A DNA stretch of 64,000 nucleotides from Pristiophorus japonicus (Eukaryota): NCBI RefSeq assembly GCF_044704955.1, contig NC_091984.1, positions 105,710,001 through 105,774,000 of the forward strand, given 5' to 3'. The translations under genes were made by a program, and so were the position numbers. The notes under the pieces were generated by a model, which was not told the DNA's origin, did not search any database, and was given only the letters and a program-made list of their open reading frames with translations. Below are positions 24,811 to 37,730 of the stretch, piece by piece. Each line of letters begins with the position of its first letter. Positions within the stretch are counted from its first letter, which is position 1.

Positions 24811-25565
24811 TTTATTATTTAAATGGAGAAAGATTGCAAAGTGCCGCAGTACAGCGGAACCTGGGGGTATTTGTGCATGAAACACAAAAGGATAGTATGC
24901 TGGTACAGCAAGTGATCAGGAAGGCCAATGGTATCTTGGCAAAGAGGATGGAGTATAAAATCAGAGAAGTCTTACTACAGCTATATAAGGTATTGGTGAG
25001 CCCATACCTGGAATACTGCGTGCAGTTTTGGTTTCCATATTTACGAAAGGATATACTTGCTTTGGAGGCAGTTCAGAGAAGGTTCACTAGATTGATACCG
25101 GGGATGAGGGGATTGACTTATGAGGAAAAGGTGAGTAGGTTGGGCCTCTACTCATTGGAATTCAGAAGAATGAGAGGTGATCTTATCGAAACGTATAAGG
25201 TTATGAGGGGGCTTGACAAGGTGGATGCAGAGAGGATGTTTCCACTGATGGGGGGACTAGAACTAGAGGGCACGATCTTAGAATTAGAGGCCACCCATTT
25301 AAAATGGAGATGAGGAGAAATTTCTTCTCTCAGGGTTGTAAATCTGTGGAATTCGCTGCCTCAGAGAGCTGTGGAAGCTGGGACATTGAATACATTTAAG
25401 ACAGAAATAGACAGTTTCTTAAATGATAAGGGGATAAGGGGTTATGGGGAGCGGGCGGGGAAGTGAAGCTGAGTCCATGATCAAATCAGCCATGATCTTA
25501 TTGAATGGCGGAGCAGGCTCAAGGGGCCATATGGCCTACTCCTGTTCCTATTTCTTATGTTCTTA
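24811..25565 (+). mobile_element. CR1 LINE 3' part
   Basis: LEYCVQFW...LEAVQRRFTRLIP...RMRGDLIETYK and a TTTCTTATGTTCTTAT tail. Confidence 0.9.
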
Positions 25566-26293
25566 TAAAGAGCAGAGTCATGCAGGAAACTGTGGTTTTA
25601 GATTAAACTGGGAGTAGCCAAACCATGGTCAGAAAAGCTTTGACAATGATTTGAATAACAAAACTGATCGTCAGAGGTTAAGTCTGATTGTAATTGTTGT
25701 GCTCTCAGCTCTACTTTGTAGAGTATCTTTGGAATGACAGTGCATTAATGAGCTGATCTAAAAATGTAACTTCCTCTAGAACAGTACTTTACAACTGAAA
25801 TAAGTATTTTAAGGTTCAGCTGCAGTGGATTTTTTTTTTGTAAAAGCAAATTTTGTTCAATCCTGTGGAAGCAATCTCTCAGTTCAGAATGTTGGTGGTT
25901 TACTAACGGAATCCTCTTCCATTTCCCTTTGCCCAACAAATATATCTCAAACCCACAGGAGGCAAAGCTATAGCAATGCACTGTAACCATCATTGGTGGA
26001 GTGTTAAAAGGCTTCTTGATAGTGTCCCTAGCAGTGCTGTGCATGAGGTGTCCATCTGACTATCCTACAAAGGCAGTTTCAGCTAAGAAAAAGAATAGAT
26101 TTTATTGAGTAAACGTACTGTACATTGGAACCGGAAATGGGGAATAGCAAAAATAGAAAAGCCAGAAAGATCTCGTGTTCTGAGAGTATCAATCCAGAAT
26201 GAAGCTAACCTGTGCTGGGATGTAAACTCCACTGAGGTACTGAGCCCTATAGACAACGTTCAGTCTCTGGTCTGTGCTGACTTAGTTGATCTT

Positions 26294-28620
26294 GGAATCA
26301 TAGAAATTTATGGAAGGAGGCCATTTCGGCCCATGTCCACTCCGGCCAACAAAAAGCTATCCAGCCTAATCCCACTTTCCAGCTCTTGATCTGTAGCCCT
26401 ATAGTTTACGGCACTTCAAGTGCACATCCAAGTACTGTTTAAATGTGGTGAGGGTTTTTGCCTCTACCATCCTTTCAGGCAGTGAGTTCTAGACCCCCAC
26501 CACTCTATGGGTGAAGAAATTTCCCCTTTAATCCCCTCTAAACCTTCTACCAATTACTTTAAATCTATGCCCCCTGGTTGTTGACCACTCTACTGAGGGA
26601 ATTATGTATGTCTTATCCACTCTATCTAAGCCCCTCATCATTTTATACACCTCAATAAGGTCTTCCCTCAGCCGCCTCTGTTCCAAAGAAAACAAACACA
26701 GCCTATCCAATCTCTCCTCATAGCTAATGTTCTCCAGTCCAGGCAACATCCTCGTAAATCTCCTCTGTACCCTTTCTAGTGCAATCACATCTTTCCTGTA
26801 ACGTGGTGACCAGAACTGCACGCAGTACTCTAGCTGTGGCCTAACTTGTGTTTTATACAGTTCAAGCATAACCTTCATGCTCTTGTATTCTATGCCTCGC
26901 CTGATAGAGGCAAGTATTCCGTATGCCTTCCTAACCACTTTATCTACCTGGCCTGCTACCTTCTGGAATCTGTGGCCATGCACTTCCAAGGTCCCTTTGT
27001 TCCTCTACACTTCTCAGTGTCCTACCATTTAATGTGTATTCCTTGCCTTGTTAGCCCTCCCCAAATGCATTACCTCACACTTCTCCGGATTGAATTCCAT
27101 TTGCCACTGTTCTGCCCACCTGACCAGATCAGCCATGATCTTATTGAATGGCGGAGCAGGCTCGAGGAGCCAAATGGCCTAATCCTGCTCTATTTCTTAT
27201 TGATATCTTCCTGCAGTCTACAGCTTTCTTCATCATTATCAACCATGCAGCCGATTTTAGTATCATCTGCAAACTTCTTAATCATACCCCACTACATTCA
27301 AGTCTAAATCATTGATATACACCACAAAAAGCAAGGGACCTTCTACTGAGCCCTGCGGAACTCCACTGGAAACAGCCTTCCAGTCACAAAAACACCCATC
27401 AACCATTACCCTCTGCTTCCTGCCTCTTGAGCAATTTTGGATCCAACTTGTCACTTTTTGTCCTGCTGGACAGGCAGAGGAAAAGCACCAGTCTGCCACG
27501 TGGGACCTTATCAACAGCTTTGCTAAAATCCATATACACTACATCAAATGCACTACCCTCATCGACCCTCCGTGATACCTCCTCAAAAAATTCAATCAAG
27601 TTAGTCAGACACGACCTTTCTTTAACAAATCCATGTTAATTGTCCTTGATTAACCCATGTCTTTCTAAATGAAGATTTATCCTGTCCCTCAGAATTTTTT
27701 CCAATAATTTTCCTACCACCGAGGATATGCTGACTGGCCAGTAAATACTTGGCCTATCCCTTTCTCCCTTTTTAAACAAAGGTACCACGTTCGCAGTCCT
27801 CTAGCACCACACCTGTAGCCAGAGAGGATTGGAAACTGATGGTCAGAGCCTCTGCTATTTCCTCTTGCTTCTCTTAACAGCCTGGGATACATTCCATCCG
27901 GGCCTGGGGATTTATCCATTTTCAAAGCTGCAAAACCCCTTAATACTTCCTCTCTCACTTTGTTTATTTCATCTAATATTTCACAATCCTCCCCCCTGAT
28001 TGCAATGTCTGTCCCTCTCTTTTGTGAAAACAGATGCAAAGTATTCATTAAGAACCATACCTACATCTTCTGCCTCCACACCCAGATTACCTTTAAGGTC
28101 TCTAATAGGCCCTACTCTTTTAGTTATCCTCTTGCTCTTAATGTATTTATGAAACATCTTTGGCTTTTCTTTGATTTTACTTGCCAACATTCTTTCATGC
28201 TCTCTCTTTGCTTTCCTAATTTCCTTTTTAATTTCACCCCTGCACTTTCTATACTCTATAGTATTTAGCCCTTGGAAACTGTCATAAGCCTCCCTTTTTT
28301 TCTTTATCCTACCCTGTATGTCTCTTGACACCCAAGGGGGCTCTACATTTGTTAGTCCCACCCTTTTTCTTTAAGGGAACATACTTGCTTTGAACCCTCT
28401 GGATCTTCTCCTTGAATGCCTCCCACTGCTCTGACACTGATTTACCTTTAAGTAGCTGTTTCCAATCCACTATGGCCAAATCGCCTCTCAGCTTATCAAC
28501 ATTGGCTTTTCCCCAATTGAGAACTTTTATTCCTGGTCTATGTTTGTCCTTTTTGCATAACTATCCCAAATCTAATTGAATTATGATCACTAGCACCAAA
28601 ATGCTCTCCCACTGTTACCA
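26294..28620 (-). mobile_element. CR1 LINE (about 2.3 kb), inserted into an older SINE (about 26180-26293 and 28621-28870)
   Basis: Minus-strand ORF2 fragments (DKSPGPDGMYPR, VYMDFSKAVDKVP, GVPQGSV, LEYCVQFWSP). Confidence 0.88.
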
Positions 28621-29539
28621 CTGATCTCAGCCACAGTGGCAGTGGGTGCACTGCAATTGGCTTCTGTATCCCTGGGATTAAGGATTGAAAGAATTAACCA
28701 AAGCTTCTCGCTCTTGATGCTATCCAGTGACACCTGCTGGAAAACATGAGTGAATGGATGTCAGATGAGGAAAAGATCACCCATTGTCAAGTAGCCTGCT
28801 AATGCTTGGTGTCTAGGTCACATATGAAGAACGCTTACTTGTGAGATACTGGTGGAGTGCTGACACTTGTAAATCAGTATCGTGTGAATCTTTGAGGCTG
28901 GCAAGGTGTAAATATTGGGACAGATCTTGAGATACTTAAGTGTACTTTGAAATAAAGTTATCTTAACTTATGTAAACCTTACCAGTGAGGCTAGATGTAG
29001 AATGTTGTGTGAACTATTGGGCACTTTGACATTGGTGTCTCCTTTCAATTGAGGAAAATAATGTGTAGACCTGCAAATGATAGGCTCATTATTTCCAATG
29101 CCTAGATAATGTAATAAGGCAGTTGAATAAATAGCCAGTACAGTAGAAGTTATACTTTTCAGTGCACTGGTTGATACACACTTCTATTTATTTCTTCCCC
29201 CCCCCATATTCTCCTATCTATTCTACTGAAGCAAGGTACAATTCCACTGTCCTATCCTGGCCTAGTGGTGAGCATAGACAGTGAGTTGGCTATTCATCTG
29301 TGGGAGTATTGCAGCTGAACTCAATCCAGTCCTTGTCTGATTTTCGGATAAGTCCTCATTCCAGCAGGGCTTACCAGTTAGCAGTCATGAACAGGAAGTC
29401 TTTTTTTCTTCCAGCCCTAACTCATGGGTTCTGGGGTCAATTATAACACCATCAGAATTAGCTAACAGCACAGACTAGGGATTGAACCAGGGATTTTCAT
29501 GGCCAAATGGCTCACCACCATACCCTCTGGTGCATTTAC

Positions 29540-29935
29540 AACAGCAACTTTCATTTATATACTTTAACATAGTAAAACGTCCCAAGATGCTTCATAGGAG
29601 CGTTATCAAACAAAATTTGACACCGAGCCACGTAAAGAGATATTAGGACAGGTGGTCCAAAAGCTTGGTCAAAGAGGTAGGTTTCAAGGAGTGTCTTAAA
29701 GAAGGCGAGAGAGGGAGAGAATTCTAGACCTTGGGACCTAAGCATCTGAAGGCACAGCCGCCAATACTGGAGCAATTTAAAATCGTGGATGCGCAAGAGT
29801 TTAGAATTGGATGTGCGCAGAGATCTCAGGGTTGTAGGGCTGGAGGAGGTTACAGAGATGGGAAGGGTCGAGACCGTGAGGGATTTAAAAACGAGGGTGA
29901 GAATTTTAAAATCGAGGCGTTGTCCGACCGGCCAC
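29540..29935 (-). mobile_element. L2 LINE 3' fragment
   Basis: QRLDFKILTLVFKSL and an L2 tail on the minus strand. Confidence 0.8.
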
Positions 29936-30368
29936 AAAGGCTGCTAATGTTTCATCTTTTTATTCTAGTTACAATCTAAATTGATAATCCGTATGTTGGG
30001 GCCCCAACAAGTGTATTATAAAGCCTTGGTATAGGAACTATTGTGTTCATTTCTGTTTACCACAAAAACATATACATGCATTGGCAAGGGTGTGGAGAAA
30101 AGCAACAGACTGATCTCGGTTATAAAGGGGATGATCTATAAAGAAATATTAAAATATTTGCTGTAGGGTTTAGAAAGATGGTAGTTACGAAGAAACCTCA
30201 TCAAGGTATATAAAATATTAAATGGATAACTGGCACAAAACCTGAATCTTGCTTCAAATTAAACTAGGGCCGTAGTATTAGAGGTCATAACCTTAATTTG
30301 GCTTGGCCTGAATTTAAAACCGATATTGGGAAGGTTTTCTTTACTCCTGTGTGTTTTGTGTCTTTCAG

Positions 30369-30860
30369 CAATTTCCAGATCAAATAGTTGGGTTTGTCCC
30401 TCGGAAGCACGTCACAACCTCCTCGGGAATTTACAGCTATGGCAGTTTTGAGCTCCAGAACGCGGCCGGTGGAAGTGGTGACCACTACTCCATGGTGTTG
30501 ATTGGAGCTGCATTTTTCCATGCCAGTTACCTTGAGAAGTTTAAAGTCCAACTCCCAGCTGTCCACAGTTTAATAGACAAGACCCAGAACTGTGATGACA
30601 TCGCCATGAATTTTATTGTTGCAAAGTACACCGGGAAGCCATCAGGAGTGTTTGTGAAGCCGGTGGACATGAGGAATCTAGAAAAAGATTCCAACAGTGG
30701 CTTCAATGGGATGTGGCACCGGGCAGAGCACCTGCTTCAAAGATCCTGGTGTCTCAATCAGCTGGCTGCTATCTATGGCAGCATGCCTCTGAAATATTCC
30801 AACATCATGATCTCACAGTTTGGGTTTCCTAACTATGCAAATCACAAAACAAAAAGCTGA
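30369..30860 (+). CDS. EXTL2: EXTL2 last coding exon (exostosin-like 2, GT64 alpha-1,4-N-acetylhexosaminyltransferase)
   Basis: tttcag acceptor; QFPDQIVGFVPRKH...YSMVLIGAAFF...NCDDIAMNF...GMWHRAEHLLQRSWC...SQFGFPNYANHKTKS*. Spliced CDS 5+413+71+492 = 981 nt, in frame. Confidence 0.96.
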   Translation, partial: QFPDQIVGFVPRKHVTTSSGIYSYGSFELQNAAGGSGDHYSMVLIGAAFFHASYLEKFKVQLPAVHSLIDKTQNCDDIAMNFIVAKYTGKPSGVFVKPVDMRNLEKDSNSGFNGMWHRAEHLLQRSWCLNQLAAIYGSMPLKYSNIMISQFGFPNYANHKTKS

Positions 30861-31465
30861 AGAATGGTCTTGACAGCTGCTGGTGCATCAACTGTCATTA
30901 CAGACTTTATATAAAGAGGTGGAGATTGGACACAGAGATTGATCTTTGATTTTTGGAAGCAGTGGTGCTTTTCCTCTGCCTGTCCAGCAGAAGGAGATGC
31001 AGTAGGAATTAATCTTTTGTTTCCACTGTTCACTGTGCAGGTGCCATTAATGGGGCATTATTGATGTCAAGTGTTGCTATTTTTAGATTTTACAACTGCT
31101 GTAAGCCGTCCTGTAACAGCCTGCAATTCTGCAGAAGCTTTATTGTGAGCGGGTACTGCTTTTTGTTTAATTGTCTTTACTGTTTCTGCCTGTCCGAGAG
31201 GCTGTCGTGTCTTAGAGCAGCTAGTGACTGGAGTAGCCAAGTTTTAGACTGTTGAGTCTGTTACAATATCTTCAGCGCCTTTACAAGTGATTAATGGTGT
31301 ACTCTACCCACTTTTAAAGCATGTTGGAAAGGTTATGCCTGCATCGCTGCTTCTGTGAATCTGCTTTATTTCACTCCTGTTTGTATTAAAAAAAAATATT
31401 ACTGTTGACTTTAATTTGATGTGCTTGTACATTCTCAGGATGCTATGATATATGTTTAGTGAATT

Positions 31466-31471
31466 AATAAA
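31466..31471 (+). terminator. Candidate EXTL2 polyadenylation signal
   Basis: AATAAA about 600 nt after the stop codon; not verifiable without RNA data. Confidence 0.45.
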
Positions 31472-33319
31472 TCTCACTAACTGTAAACACAGGATATTCC
31501 CCTCTCTCATCATACCTGCCAGCTTCATGCTGTTTGGGAAGAGGGAGAAAATACTGTCTGTGTTTGAAATGAACTTCTATTCTTTCTCCTCCGTCTCTCC
31601 TGAAGTTTCCTATCTATTGTCCCGAGTTACCTGCTCCCAGCTCGGTTCCAGTACTGCTCTGGTAAAGCTGCTGATACTTGGGAGAAACTATAATGCTTTG
31701 GATAATTTTTGTAAAATGTTTCTTTTTATGTTTCTATAGCAGGAAGGGGGTACTGAAGTTTCATGTTCAGCCATGAACTCATTGAATGGCGGTGCAGGCT
31801 AGAAGGGCTCAATGGCCTGCTCCTGCACCTATTTTCTATGTTTCTATGTACTCTTTAATTTTTTATTTTATTTTCACCCCTCTCTATCTGTACTGCTGAA
31901 AGCAAATATTTGATGTTGGGGTGGAGTTTCACTGATGCTAGTCACTCTCCTATTCTGGCCCAGTGGCCACTCTTCATGTGTTACAATTACTTGGTTATTC
32001 AGCTGTGAGCGTTTTGCAGTAGAGTTCAATTTTGTCTCTGCTTGACCTTTACATGTGTGCACTCTCTCTAGCAAAAGTTATCATGCAGCAATCAGGAGCT
32101 GGAAGCATAGCTGATATTTTAACCACCCCCTCCCTAACTCTGGTTCTGAGGCCAATTGTAGCAACATTAAGAGATCAGGTAACTCCTGTGGTGCATTTAC
32201 TCATCAAGGGAGATAATGTAATTTATTCTAGTTACAATTAAACTGGTGCTTGAAATATTGAGCAGCAGTATAATTGGGAATTATACAATGGAGTGAGGCA
32301 TTCACTGCCCTGACTGCTTGTATCTTGACAAGATCACTTGCTCACTGGTTAAATTGGAAGCATTTTATGTCTCATTACCTAGATGATACAAATCTTAAAC
32401 CTTGTTAATGATGCTGTTGGTGATTATGTGGTAGTGTTAGAGCTGATGAAGCACAATCCAGACACTTTATCAAATGGTCACAAAGAATTACCGATATTGG
32501 CTGAATGAGCAATTCAAATAAAGCCTGATTGCTGAAGAATCAATGAGGATTGGCTTGGAGTTACTGAGCAAAATGAATGGAGTTCGGATAACGATGCTTG
32601 CTCTCTAGATAGTTATCACGTTTGATTTGAATTTGTTCCATTTAGGAAAAAGGTATTTTGGCTCCACTGACTAGTCCGCGCCTGCTGTACAATGACTATG
32701 TCTTTCATTTTTATCTATACACTAATTTATTTAACCTCCGAGTTGAGGCCCTTTACAGTGCGTCTAATGTGTCTTTAATATTGAAAATCAGCTCCTCTCT
32801 AGTGTCTGTTTTGAAGATTGAGAGACCGCTGTTGATAGTAATAATAATCAATTTGAACAACATTACTTTAAACACATCTTGAATCAAAAAAAATAGTTGC
32901 ATAATGATTTCAAACCTGTTCCAGATATTAGAATGGAAAATAATTCACAACATTTTTGAAGCTTCTTCATGTCACAAACTTTGCATTTCTAATAATTTCC
33001 ATCCATTCCTGACTATGCAGGAAGTGGGAACAGAACCGTTTGCAGAAGGTAAGCAATGGGGGGAGGGAAGCTCTGTGCAGAGTAAGTAAAAATGATTCAA
33101 ATCATTTTGACATTTTACTTGTGCAATGGTTAGAGCAGTTGTAATACAAGCATTGACCACAAGAGGTCCCTCTGGTATTTGGTATGAATGGTAGAGCAAC
33201 ACTAGGGCACAAAATGGATTTGTTGCTTTTTTGAAGGTTAAAGATGCCAGTCATTAATTTCTGTAAGTTATCTAATAGTTGAAGGGGTTGTGCAGGGGGC
33301 AAGAGTGAGAGCACGTGGA

Positions 33320-34525
33320 CCGAGACCAGATAAGTGACAAATGGAATTCAATCTGGAGAAGTGTGAGGTAATGCATTTGAGAAGGACTAACCAGGCAAGG
33401 GAATACAGGTGTGACGTCTAGAGTTCCGGAATCCGGATACCGGGCTGAGTCGTGGCGGGGTCGTCCGGAAACTGGAAAATGTTCCAAAATCTGAACTCCT
33501 CCCCCCACCCCCCCATACCGGCCTTGGCCGCCCGATCTCCGCCAGCCTCTTCCGGCCACCCAACCGCCTCCGGCTCGACCTCCGGCAGCCTGACCATCCC
33601 CCCCCCGACCTCGGCTCGACCTCTTTCTCTTCCCCCCCCCCCCGCCCCCAGACCTCTCTTGACCCGACTGACTTTCCACCCCCCCCCAGACCTCCCAGCG
33701 GCCCGACCGATTTCCCCTCTCCCCTACCCTACTTGCCTCCCTCGGCCCAGGCAGAGACGTTCTAAAATCCGGAAATATCTGGAACGGCCTCGGTCCCGAG
33801 ATTTCCGGATTTCGGACGTCACACCTGTACACAATAAGTGGCTGGATACTGAAAAGTGTAGAAGAACAGCGAGACCTTGGAATGCATGTCCACAGATCCC
33901 TGACGGTAGCAGGACAGGTAGATGGGGTGCTTAAGAAGGCATAGGGGATACTTTCCTTTTATTAACTGATGCACAGAACACAGGGAGGTTATGCTTGAAC
34001 TGTATAAAGCACTAGTTGGGTCACAGCTAGAGTACTGCATATAGTTCTTAACACCACAATACAGGAAAGATGTGATTGCACTAGAGAGTATACAGAGGAG
34101 ATTTGCGAGGATGTTGCCAGGAATGGTGAATTTTGGCTAGGAGGAAAGATTGGTTAGGCTGGGATTGTTTTCTTTAGAACAGAGGAGGTGGAGGGGAGAC
34201 TTGATTGAAATGTATGAAATGATGAGGGACCTTAATAGAGGGGATAGGAAGGACCTATTTCCCTTAGCAGAGAGGTCAATAACCAGGGGGCATAGATTTG
34301 AAGTAATTGGTGGAAGGATTAGAAGGGAGTTGAGAAGTTTTTTCACACAAAGGGTGGTGGGGATCTGGAGCTCACTACCTGAAAGGGTGGTAGAGGAAGA
34401 AACCCTCATCACATTTAAATAGTACTTAGCTATGCACTTAGTGCTATAACCAACAAGGCTATGGACCAAGAGCTGGAAAGTGGGATTAGGCTGGCACAGA
34501 CACAATGGGCCGTAAATTACTATGA
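33320..34525 (+). mobile_element. CR1 LINE 3' part, interrupted by a MITE
   Basis: KWQMEFN.EKCEVMH-like start, RLGLFSLEQRR.RGDLIE; contiguous across the MITE. Confidence 0.85.
33406..33827. mobile_element. Tc1/mariner-superfamily (Tigger/pogo-like) MITE
   Basis: Perfect 13-bp TIR CAGGTGTGACGTC, TA duplication at 33404-33405 and 33828-33829, repeated TCCGG subterminal motifs, C-rich core. Confidence 0.88.
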
Positions 34526-34704
34526 CCAGGACCTGCGTGGCAAGGAGTAGATGGGTTAAAGCTGAGCAATATCGTTGGTAGCCACAATCATGGTGGGAAT
34601 GAGGGAACACCATATGAAGGAGCAGCACTGAGAGAAGGCATGCTGATCATCACTCCTAGCATCTCCTCACCCACCATCCCTCCATGATACCCTAACTAAA
34701 AGAA

Positions 34705-35145
34705 AAAAAACTTGTGTTTCTATGGCGCTTTTCATAACTCCGGGACATCCTAAAGCACTTTACAGCCAATGAAGTACTTTGGAAGTGCAATCACTGTTTT
34801 AATGTAGGAAACCGGACATCTAATTTGCACACAGCAAGTTCCCACAAACAGCAATGCGATAATGACCAAATAATCTGCTTTAATGTTGATTGAGGGATAA
34901 ATATTGTCCAGGATACCGGGAAGAACTCCCCAGCTCTTTTGCAAACTAGTGCCATGGGATATTTTACATCCACCTGAGAGGGCTGACGGGACGTCGGTTT
35001 AATGTCTCATCTGAAAGATGGCACCTCTGCCAGTGTAGCACTCGTCCGTACTGCACAGGATTGTCAACCTATTTTTTGCTCTAATCTCTGGTGTAGCACT
35101 TGAACCCATGACCTTCTGACTCCGAGGCGAGGGTGCTACCACTGA
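34705..35145 (-). mobile_element. tRNA-head DeuSINE-like SINE
   Basis: Reverse complement of the 13165 family. Confidence 0.78.
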
Positions 35146-35223
35146 GAACATCACATTACATAAGAATTAGGAGCAGGAGTAGGCTGTACGACCCTTTGAG
35201 CCTGCTCCCCTATTCAATAAGAT

Positions 35224-37019
35224 TTTTTTTTTCAAAAATATACTTTATTCATATAACATTTTCACAATATACTGGAAAATAGTTCAGTACCTTGCGGTCA
35301 TCAATTCCAAACAATTCGTTTGGATGTTGACAGCAGTTCCATACAATGCACTAGCGTGCATTTCATTTCAAGGTGCAGTTTAGTACTACAATCCGTAAAT
35401 CACGTTACATGTAGTACTATGCAAGTAATGGTATATGGAGCAGATGAGATCAGGTTTACATTACATTCCAGGATACATTTTAATACCGATCACGAATCAC
35501 GTTACATGTAGCACTACGCGGATGAAAGCAGTACACGGAACGGATGAGAATACATTTACATTTCTTTACAAGTTACTAACCAGTACAGAGACTTTCATTA
35601 TACATAGCACAACACAGGTGTTTTTCAGTACATGGTGCTCTATGTATAAAAGCAGATTAACAAGTACAGCCTGAGGGGGGTCTGATTCCCTCCCCTGGGT
35701 TTATCGTGGCGGAAGGGCCTTAAACTGTGGCTCTTCCCCATCGTGCCTTTGCGGCGACTGCACCAATCTTTAGTGCGTCCCTCAGCACGTACTCCTGGGC
35801 CTTGGATTGCACCAGTCTGCAACACTCGGCCGTGGATATTTCATTGCTCTGGAAGACCAGCAAGTTTCGGGAAGACCAAAGTGCGTCTTTCACCGAGTTG
35901 ATGGCTCTCCAGCAACAGATGATGTCTGTCTCGGTGTGCATCCCTGGGAACAGTCCGCAGAGCACAGAGTCCTGTATTACGGAGCTGCTTGGGATGAACC
36001 TCGACAGCAACCACTGCATCATCTGCCAGACCTGCCTTGCAAAGGGGCAATCCCGAAGGAGATGGATGACAGTCTCATCTGCACCACAGCCTACTCTGGA
36101 GCAGAGTGCCGTGTCTCTGAAACCCCGGCTGTGCATGATGGATCTGACGGGTAGGGCCCTTCTCACCGCCAAACAAGCTACGTCTTGATGCTTGTGTGAA
36201 AGCTCTGGCGATGAGACATTCTGCCAAACGAGTTCGACAGTCTGCTTGGGGAACCGTCCGACAGGATCCATCATTTCCTTTCGTAGGGCGTGCAGGACCT
36301 TGCGTGCCAACCACTGCTTTATGGCCTTGTGGTCAAAGGTGTTTTGCTTGAAAAACCTTTCTACGAAGGACAGGTGCTGAGGCATGGTCCAACTGGTTGG
36401 AGCGTTCCGCGGCAGCCTGGCCAGACCCATCCTTCGCAACACCAGGGACAGATAGAATCTCAGCACATACTGATACTCGGTGTTTGCGTACGAAGGGTCT
36501 ATGCACAGCTTGATGCAGCTGCACACAAAGGTGGCCATCAGGATGAGGGCCACGTTCGGACTGTCCTTTCCTCCCTTGTCCAGAGATTTGTACATCGTGT
36601 CTCTGCGGACATGGTCCATTTTTGATCTCCAGACGAAATGGAAGACGGCTCGGGTGACTGCCACGGTACAGGAGTGGGGTATGGGCCAGACTTGCGCCAC
36701 GTACAACAAGTCCGAGAGCACCTCACTCCTGATGACCATGTTCTTTTCTGCAATGGAGAGGGAGCGCAGCTTCCACCATCCAGACTATGTTTGGCTTTAG
36801 CAATACGCTCCTTCCAGTTTTTGATGCCGTTCCGTCCACTCCGAACCATATTCCCAACAACTTCAGGTAATCTGACTTCACGGTGAAGGGAATAAAGGAT
36901 CGGTCGGACCAGCTTCCAAAGAACATGGCCTCGCTTTTGCTGCGATTTACCTTCGCCACCGAGGCCAGTTCAAACTGGTCGCAGATTGTGAGCAATCTGC
37001 GGATCAACTGCAGATCCAG
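35224..37019 (-). mobile_element. 5'-truncated Tx1/L1-group LINE
   Basis: 339-aa ORF fragment with a C-terminal zinc knuckle (CSRVGCGADETVIHLLRDC), AATAAA plus poly(A) tail, and TSD CAATAAGAT at 35215-35223 and 37020-37028. Confidence 0.88.
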
Positions 37020-37169
37020 CAATAAGATCATGAGGGGCTTCAAATGACCTCATCAGTCCCTGTATATGTTGGAATTGGTTGAGAGCAGGGCAAGGCTCAG
37101 GAGTGATACCTCAAGGTCAAACAAACTGCTGGCACTCATTGTTTTTACTTAAAAGAATTTGGTATGCAG

Positions 37170-37618
37170 AAAGACTTGGATTTATATAGCGCCTTTCATG
37201 ACCACTGGACGCCTCAAAGCACTTTACAGCCAATATAGTCACTGTTGTAATGTGGGAAATCAGCAGTCAATTTGCGCACAAGCAAGCTCCCACAAATGGC
37301 AATATAATAATGACCAGCTAATCTGTTTTTTTTGTTATGTTGCTTGAGGGATAAATATTGGCCAGGATACCAGGGATAACGCTCCTGCTCTTTTTTGAAA
37401 TAGTACCTTGGGATCTTTTATGTCCACTTGATAGAGGAGATGGGGGCTCGGTTTAACGTCTCATCCGAAAGATGGCACCTCTGACAGTGCATTTCTCCCT
37501 CAGCACTACACTGGAGTGTCAGCCTAGATTTCTTTTGTCCTCAAAAGCCGTTGGAGTGGGACTTGAACCCACAACCTTCTTTCTCAAGGGCAAGAATGCT
37601 ACCCACTGAGCCACAGCT
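37170..37618 (-). mobile_element. tRNA-head DeuSINE-like SINE, full length
   Basis: A and B boxes at 37560-37615 on the minus strand; L2-like tail at 37170. Confidence 0.8.
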
Positions 37619-37730
37619 GGGTTCTTAGAACTTTCTGGGGATTTTAGGTGAAGCATTTGTAATGTTGGCTGTTTATCTGCATGGAATGATGAGAATCATA
37701 ATTAAATCTAAATCATATAAATAATATAAT

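Noticed and set aside
33272-33934. Gly-rich and Pro-rich ORFs of 160-186 aa
   Set aside because: They come from the C-rich interior of the MITE.
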